A DNA stretch of 64,000 nt from Clostridia bacterium (GTDB lineage Bacteria; Bacillota; Clostridia; Oscillospirales; CAG-272), in assembly GCA_017503325.1 (NCBI GenBank), contig JAFVTI010000034.1, positions 29,840-93,839 on the forward strand, read 5' to 3'. Positions 58,138 through 64,000 of this stretch are shown piece by piece (position 1 is the first letter of the stretch; every line of letters begins with the position of its first letter). The notes under the pieces are model-generated. The model saw nothing but the letters and a program-made list of their open reading frames with translations. It was not told where the DNA came from and made no database searches. Position numbers and translations under genes: made by a program.

Positions 58138-58267
58138 CTTCCTCCGGGAGGAAGGTGGCACGCGAAGCGTGACGAAAGGAGCCTGCATGACTTTGGTTTT
58201 GTACTAACTTTATTGTAACGCGCTCTCCCTCAGTCAGCTTCGCTGACAGCTCCCTCCCAGAGGGAGC
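58138..58267. repeat. Palindromic element pair (family D)
   Basis: CTTCCTCCGGGAGGAAG and CACGCGAAGCGTG hairpins, spacer, then the inverted partner GTCAGCTTCGCTGAC and GCTCCCTCCCAGAGGGAGC. Confidence 0.7.
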
Positions 58268-58393
58268 TTTAGTATACGCGCAACTCCAGGGGTATGGGCT
58301 TTGCCCGATGCCTTTGTAATACAAAGGCGAAACTGGCGATAAAACAGAACGACAAATAAGAATTTCATAGATGAACAAAGAAGGGGAAGTATA

Positions 58394-58939
58394 GTGGATA
58401 AAATTTTGAAATATAAAAAAGCATCAAATGTTTTTAGAATAACCCTTATTTTGGGCGCAATATCTTTAGGTGCTTATCATATAATTTCTCTTATTAATTC
58501 ACAGGAATTCCTCGGCCATGCAATGATATCAACTATTTTGTTTTATTCATTTGTTGTTGTAGCACTCATTTTTATGACTATTTTTGATATCAAGAGATAT
58601 AAACTTCTTGATGAAGTGTTTGGTAAAGTTGATGATGCAGATAAAGAAATAGCTAAAAATTTACTTTGTAGAATAAAAGAAGTTGGTATTGGAGAGTTCA
58701 GCTTTTTGAATTATGAAGATGAAATAAGATTAGAGCACGATTCATCCCAATTAAAATTATGCTTAAAGCAAATTATTAAAGGACATAAAATATATTTTGG
58801 TTTAGTAAAAGTTTATTTTGAATTGTTTGAAGAAATAAAAGATAAAGTAGATTCATTTACACCAAATGATATGCTCGAATATCAATACTTGACCGAATTA
58901 ATTCCTCTGTTAGAAAGAAACAGCCAAAACCAAGTTTAA
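58394..58939 (+). CDS. AT-rich hypothetical membrane protein (2 TM)
   Basis: 181-aa ORF with RBS AAGGGG; two sampled 60-nt lines are 22% and 30% GC, far below the flanking genes. Confidence 0.75.
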   Translation: MDKILKYKKASNVFRITLILGAISLGAYHIISLINSQEFLGHAMISTILFYSFVVVALIFMTIFDIKRYKLLDEVFGKVDDADKEIAKNLLCRIKEVGIGEFSFLNYEDEIRLEHDSSQLKLCLKQIIKGHKIYFGLVKVYFELFEEIKDKVDSFTPNDMLEYQYLTELIPLLERNSQNQV

Positions 58940-59135
58940 GTATATTATCTTAGACTAAAACGAATAACCAATTTCCAATTTATCGGGCAGAACAAACGAG
59001 CCCCGACAGACCTTTACAAAGAATCTGTCGGGGTTTATTATTTGTTTACCGCGGATCAATTTCGCAATGTGGTCGCAAACCAATTCGTAATTTCTCCGCT
59101 AATTTTGCACTCACTTGCGGCAGCCCTTTTTGGTA

Positions 59136-62100
59136 TTAGTCCTTTTTCTTTTTGCATGCAGTTGCGCAGATGCACAGTGCAACCAGAGCCGCGGGGGCAG
59201 CCAACAGGGATTTGCACCCCTTGCTTTGCTCCTCGGGCTCAGTGGCCGATTCGGCTCCGTTTTGCGGATCTGTCTCGGCCTCGGGGGCCTTGCCCATATC
59301 CAGCGAGTCAAGCAGGTGCTTGTCGGGTGTGTAGTCTGCTTGCTCGGTGCTCTTTGTCAGCGCGGTGTCAATCCTGCCGCCCTCGGCAACCTGCGTTTCG
59401 TATGCGATGTAGAGGTTGGCAAATTCCATGGTCTGGAAGCGCGTGGTCAGCGCGATCTGCGAGCCTTGGGAATTGAGGCGGGTGTTTTCCACCTCCAGCA
59501 CCTGCTTTCCGCTCGCGTCGTACAAGGTCGCCTTGCCGTAGTATTGCTGGCCCGTGCCGTCGGAGTCATACGTGACACCGGGGTTCTCCATCTTGACCGT
59601 GCACATCAGCGCGTCGTTCATATAGATGGATACGGTCTGGCCGTCGTCCACCACGCGCAGCTTGAACCAGCCGTCCTCTCCGGGCGTGAATTTACCCGAG
59701 TAGGGGAAGGAGTGCGATGCCGAGGCCACGCCAAGGCCGTCCTCGGCATAACGCTTGATGCGGATGGTGATGCGATTTTGCTCGGGATAAATGCCGATGC
59801 CCGAGCCTGCGGTGGACGAGCCGCCGTACGTGCGGCCACCGTTTTCTGCATACCAGTCCCATTCAAAGTAGTTGAATACCTGCGGAATGCTGTGGTTGGC
59901 GGGGTTGGTGGGGGAGTATGCGCCCGGCATCTCGCCGCGCACGTAAATGGCGCTGTTGCCATAGTCCACCATGTGTACGTCTGCCGCGAATTCGTAAGCA
60001 CCCTCCACGTCGTTCCAGGTGCGCAGGTCGCTGACCTCCTTCATGCGCAGGTAATTGAACCTCTCGCCCTTGATCACCTGCACGGTGCTGGCGGAGGTGC
60101 CGCCTGCGTGCTGGAATTGCTCGGCGATCGGAGTGCTTGTCACAAATAAGCCCGGCTTGACGTCACAAAGATCGTACAGCACGTCCACAACGGCGGTTTT
60201 GAGCGTGATATCCGCGTCGCCATCGGGCTTTTGCACGTGCGCTCCGTTCTGCACCGCCGCGGTTGCGTCATAGACCAGCGTAGTCTTGGGGATCTCGCGG
60301 TCGGTGTAGGACTCACACTTGTAAACAAAGCCAAAGCGGTTGTCGGGCGCGGTGTCACCAAGATCCATAAAGGCCATGGGGTCACCGTTGTTTACCGAAT
60401 TGTCCGCCCATTTGAAGGTCATGTGCTCGATCTTGCCCTGTGCGCCAAGCAGGGATTTGCTCAGCGAGATGGCCATGTAAGAGCCCTCGAGATAGTAGTA
60501 AGCGCCGCCCACCACCTCGGTCTCAAAGGTGTTATCCTTGAATTTTTCCACCGTGACCACAAAGGAATCACGATCGCGGTTCAGCACAAAGTCGTAGCCC
60601 TCCCAGCCCGTGGCGGCGTCTCCGTCCACGTTGAGATAGAGGTTCATCCAAGTTTCGTCCGTATCAATGATGATGTCGGATGAGGTCTTTACTAAAAAAT
60701 AGAGATTGGCCGAATCCTGCGAGATTTTGGCATAGTCAAAATCGTTGCGTCCCGAGTTGTTGATGTAGCGGAAATGAGGATCGTAGGAGATGGTGTTGCG
60801 GTGCTCGATATCGTAAAGCGAGTCCATATAGGTCAGCTGCACGCCATCCCACGAGGAAAGGTCATAGATGTCAATGGTGGTCTGGTTATCCGCGACGGGG
60901 GGGTCGGAGATGCCCTTGTAGCGGCGGATCTGATCCACCATCTGATAATAGTAGTTGTCGCCAATGCCGTAGCCGTCTTGGTTGCGCATGGGCTCACCGT
61001 CACGCGAGAATTCGCAGTTGAATTGGTCGATATACTGGAATTTGGCATTCGTGCCTGCCATGGACTGTCGGGTGTCGTGGTGAACGCAGCCTGCGATCCA
61101 TTCGTTCCAGCCCGTGATCATGAGCACGAAGGGCTGATCCTTGTCCACGTTGTCGCCCACCAGCGTTTTCATGGCGTTGAATTGTGAGGTAAAGCCCAGT
61201 CCAAGGCCTGCCTGCTCAATGGCAGAGAAGGCCATGTCGCTGCTTTTGGCGGGTTGTCCGTTGACAAAGCTGCGTCCCTTGGACATGGAGGGGTGGTGAC
61301 CCATGGCGATTGAGAGGGATTCGATTTTTCCGTCGGCATCGCGTCCCCAGCCGCCGTTTTCCATTTTGGCGGTACCCGTTTCGGGATCGTATCGGTATTC
61401 CTGCAGCCAGGACCAGTAATTGTCCCGGTCGATCCAGGCCCAGCTGCCGCGCACCGTGAATTTTTCATCCACCTTTTGCTTGATCTCGCCCGAAAGGCCG
61501 GAATAGTTGCCGAATACCAGTGGCTTGCCCTCCCATGTAAAGAAGAGCTCCTCGTATTTCTCCCAGTTTTCGTCGGCGTAGACCGTGGCGAACAGGGTGG
61601 TCATGTTGGATTGGAAGGTGGAGGGGGTGTCACCGTTGAAAAAGACGATCTGCGGCGTGTCAATGCCTTGGCGACGCATGGAAAGCCAGGTGTCAAACAG
61701 CGCGGTATGACCCGGGATGAACACCTCAGCGTTGGACACGTCAAGGAAGATAAAGTCCACGCCCGCCTGCTCCAGCATATAGGCATGCTTGCGGTAGACC
61801 CAGGTATCCGTGTTGCGGTAATAGCCGAAGTAGGGCTCTGCCCAATAGGCCTCGCCGCCCTTTTCTTCAATGTATTTCTTGGCGTCTTTGTAGCCCATTT
61901 CAAGGTAGAGCTTGGTGTTGTCCTGTACCACCTGTCCTGCACCTACCCAGCAAAGGAAGTAGAAAAGACCTACGTATCTTTGCTCGTTGGGCTCTCCCGC
62001 CGTGGCGTTGTCCGCGATGGTGCGATCCAGCGCGTCGGTTGCCGTCCAGGTTGAGTAATCGATCTTGCGCAGCGAGTCAGTCTCGGGGATATTCCAGGTC

Positions 62101-62870
62101 TGCTGCACATTGGTAAAGCGCAGATTGTCCACAAAGCCTTCAATATCGCAAAGCTCAAGCGAAAAATAACCCGTTTGGTAAAGCTCGCATTCCTCGGTCG
62201 ATGCAAGCACGGCACCGCTTGCATCCGCAAATGCAAGGTGACCCGAGGGAGAGTAGGAGACCATGGCGATCAGCTGCTCGCCCGCATACAGGGCAATGGT
62301 GTCAAGGGCGTCGTGCAGCGTCAGCGTCGTATCGGTCAGATCTGCGCCCAGCGGTAGCGTTGCCTCCAGACCGCATTCCGGCTCAAAGATGCGCAGGCTG
62401 CCCGAGTCGTCAAGGGCGAACCAGATGCCGCGCTCCTTGTGCGAGACGGCGGTTTGAGAGTTGCGCACGCCAAGATAGACCGTGCCGCCGCTCAGCGAAA
62501 GGTCGAAGGAAAGGTAGCCGTGCTCCAGGCCGTAGTCGTCACCAAGGCAGACGGCAGAGCCGAGTACAAAGGTCCTTCCGGGGACGGTGGTCAGCCTGCC
62601 GTCCACGATCTGCGCGCAAGCGCGGTTACCAAGGGCCAGTGCCGCGTCACCCACGTAGGCGTTGATGCGCTCTACCGAAAAATCGTAGGTGTAGGTCGAG
62701 AGGGTGCGGTCGGCAAAATCGTAGTCATAGCCGCCCTTGTGCTCCGTGATGGGCGTACCCACATAGGTACGGCCGGTGTCGGCAGCGGCGGCAGGGATCG
62801 CGGCAGAAATCGTGCCCGCCAGCAAAAGAGCGGCCAGCAGGGCACACGTCATGAGTTTGATGCGCTTCAT
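59136..62870 (-). CDS. Large secreted modular glycoside hydrolase (GH99/GH71-like core) with C-terminal membrane anchor
   Basis: Sec signal peptide; VGLFYF-W, YWAEPYFGYY, AGVDFIFLD-SN and ITGWNEW; C-terminal GCKS-hydrophobic-KKKKD. Confidence 0.7.
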   Translation of the reverse strand: MKRIKLMTCALLAALLLAGTISAAIPAAAADTGRTYVGTPITEHKGGYDYDFADRTLSTYTYDFSVERINAYVGDAALALGNRACAQIVDGRLTTVPGRTFVLGSAVCLGDDYGLEHGYLSFDLSLSGGTVYLGVRNSQTAVSHKERGIWFALDDSGSLRIFEPECGLEATLPLGADLTDTTLTLHDALDTIALYAGEQLIAMVSYSPSGHLAFADASGAVLASTEECELYQTGYFSLELCDIEGFVDNLRFTNVQQTWNIPETDSLRKIDYSTWTATDALDRTIADNATAGEPNEQRYVGLFYFLCWVGAGQVVQDNTKLYLEMGYKDAKKYIEEKGGEAYWAEPYFGYYRNTDTWVYRKHAYMLEQAGVDFIFLDVSNAEVFIPGHTALFDTWLSMRRQGIDTPQIVFFNGDTPSTFQSNMTTLFATVYADENWEKYEELFFTWEGKPLVFGNYSGLSGEIKQKVDEKFTVRGSWAWIDRDNYWSWLQEYRYDPETGTAKMENGGWGRDADGKIESLSIAMGHHPSMSKGRSFVNGQPAKSSDMAFSAIEQAGLGLGFTSQFNAMKTLVGDNVDKDQPFVLMITGWNEWIAGCVHHDTRQSMAGTNAKFQYIDQFNCEFSRDGEPMRNQDGYGIGDNYYYQMVDQIRRYKGISDPPVADNQTTIDIYDLSSWDGVQLTYMDSLYDIEHRNTISYDPHFRYINNSGRNDFDYAKISQDSANLYFLVKTSSDIIIDTDETWMNLYLNVDGDAATGWEGYDFVLNRDRDSFVVTVEKFKDNTFETEVVGGAYYYLEGSYMAISLSKSLLGAQGKIEHMTFKWADNSVNNGDPMAFMDLGDTAPDNRFGFVYKCESYTDREIPKTTLVYDATAAVQNGAHVQKPDGDADITLKTAVVDVLYDLCDVKPGLFVTSTPIAEQFQHAGGTSASTVQVIKGERFNYLRMKEVSDLRTWNDVEGAYEFAADVHMVDYGNSAIYVRGEMPGAYSPTNPANHSIPQVFNYFEWDWYAENGGRTYGGSSTAGSGIGIYPEQNRITIRIKRYAEDGLGVASASHSFPYSGKFTPGEDGWFKLRVVDDGQTVSIYMNDALMCTVKMENPGVTYDSDGTGQQYYGKATLYDASGKQVLEVENTRLNSQGSQIALTTRFQTMEFANLYIAYETQVAEGGRIDTALTKSTEQADYTPDKHLLDSLDMGKAPEAETDPQNGAESATEPEEQSKGCKSLLAAPAALVALCICATACKKKKD

Positions 62871-62940
62871 GTTCCGTTCTCCTTATCTTTTGAGATTGCA
62901 AAGGGCGATTTTTCAATCGCCCTATGTTATGTTATGGATT

Positions 62941-63609
62941 TTACAGGCTCAACAGCACGCTTGCAAGACGGGATGCGATGATCTCGTGTCCTGCATCGTT
63001 GGGGTGCAGGCCGTCGGGGCAGTATGCTATGCGGTGTGCCTCCAGCTCGGGGCAAATGTTGCCTGCCGCGTAGAGGTCGCAGACGGGCAGGGAGTAGTAC
63101 TCAGCTGCCTGGCGGATGATCTCCACGTAGTCGCGCAGGATGGTGGTCTGCGTCACGCTGCCGTCGCGGGAGGTGCGGGTCTGAGGAACATACTCATACC
63201 AGCGGTGCAGAGGGGTGACCACCACGATGGGGCAGGTGGGATACTTTGCGATCAGGGTGGAGAAAAGGTCGTGGCACGCGCCCCAGAAGGTCTCGGGGGT
63301 GCGGTCGTCGGGCGTGCCCAAAAGAGCCTGACCGTGACCAAAGTCGTTTGTGCCGCCAAAGACAACGATGGCGTCTGCCTTTTCGGGCATATCTCCCACG
63401 CGGGTGATAAAGTGCGCGTTGAATTCGGGAATCTCCAAAGGGGTATAACGATCGGCAAGGCAAGTGCCTCCAATGCCGAAGTTATTCGCTTCTGCCAAGC
63501 CGTATTTCTGCTTGATCAGCTGGTGATATACCTTGTCGGGCGCGCTGGGGCCGTATCCCTGCGTGATGCTGTCGCCTAAAAAGTGAATGATTTTTCCTTG
63601 CAGTTCCAT
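62941..63609 (-). CDS. SGNH/GDSL hydrolase
   Basis: FLGDSITQG, GGTND and DGLHPN. Confidence 0.93.
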   Translation of the reverse strand: MELQGKIIHFLGDSITQGYGPSAPDKVYHQLIKQKYGLAEANNFGIGGTCLADRYTPLEIPEFNAHFITRVGDMPEKADAIVVFGGTNDFGHGQALLGTPDDRTPETFWGACHDLFSTLIAKYPTCPIVVVTPLHRWYEYVPQTRTSRDGSVTQTTILRDYVEIIRQAAEYYSLPVCDLYAAGNICPELEAHRIAYCPDGLHPNDAGHEIIASRLASVLLSL

Positions 63610-63782
63610 AGCTGCCTCCGTTCTGCCGTATTGGCGCAAAATTTCTGTTTTTATTATATCACCGATCTTGCCCCGTGTCAATGGAATTCTTAATATCTTA
63701 ATTGTCAGCCGAAATGCTTGCGAATGGCATAGCCACGGTGCTATAATGGAGACGAAACCACACGAAAGAAGGCGAAAGTGGA

Positions 63783-64000
63783 GTGATCGATGCTTTTTTG
63801 GAGCAATTTATAGAAATGACCGCGTGGGAGATGACCAAGCCCAAGGCTTACGGACCTTTTCATTTGATTTTTACATTTGTCGGGCTTGCGATCTCTTTGT
63901 TTGCGGCATATCTGCTGCGCAACACGGGGGAGAAGGGCAACAGAATCGTTCTTTTCTCCTCGGGCGCGTTTTTGATGCTGACCGAGGTGTATAAGCAGCT
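63783..64000 (+). CDS. YwaF/TMEM164-like membrane protein, truncated by the window end (start uncertain)
   Basis: Manual translation ...MTAWEMTKPKAYGPFHLIFTFVGL...LMLTEVYKQ. Confidence 0.65.
   Translation, partial: MIDAFLEQFIEMTAWEMTKPKAYGPFHLIFTFVGLAISLFAAYLLRNTGEKGNRIVLFSSGAFLMLTEVYKQ

Overview
A 64-kb, GC-rich chromosomal window from what looks like a Clostridia-type gut or rumen anaerobe (inferred from gene content and sigmaA-type promoters). It holds mostly housekeeping and metabolic genes: trpS, mnmE, proBAC, an aroF-tyrA-aroB-aroA-aroC-orf-aroE/K-aroQ operon, mutY and a D-amino-acid aminotransferase. It also has transporters, several XRE/AraC/TetR/LytTR regulators and secreted carbohydrate enzymes (GH43, GH78, GH28-like, GH99/71-like, CE4). 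I saw no rRNA, tRNA, CRISPR array, transposase or integrase. The most notable signals are mostly non-coding: (1) a structured 156-bp element present twice in inverted orientation, which begins with the upstream gene's stop codon and ends with the downstream gene's start; (2) two unannotated leader-peptide attenuators, a Tyr/Phe-rich one ahead of the aro operon and a 36-aa one ahead of a methyltransferase-kinase-GNAT cluster; (3) an enoate-reductase plus split aconitase X operon suggesting an uncharacterised dehydrate-then-reduce pathway; (4) several palindromic repeat families with covarying stems, one pair bracketing a GNAT gene; (5) a Cys-containing C-terminal sorting-like tail and a repeated unannotated domain in secreted glycosidases. 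All calls were made by eye, without database searches.
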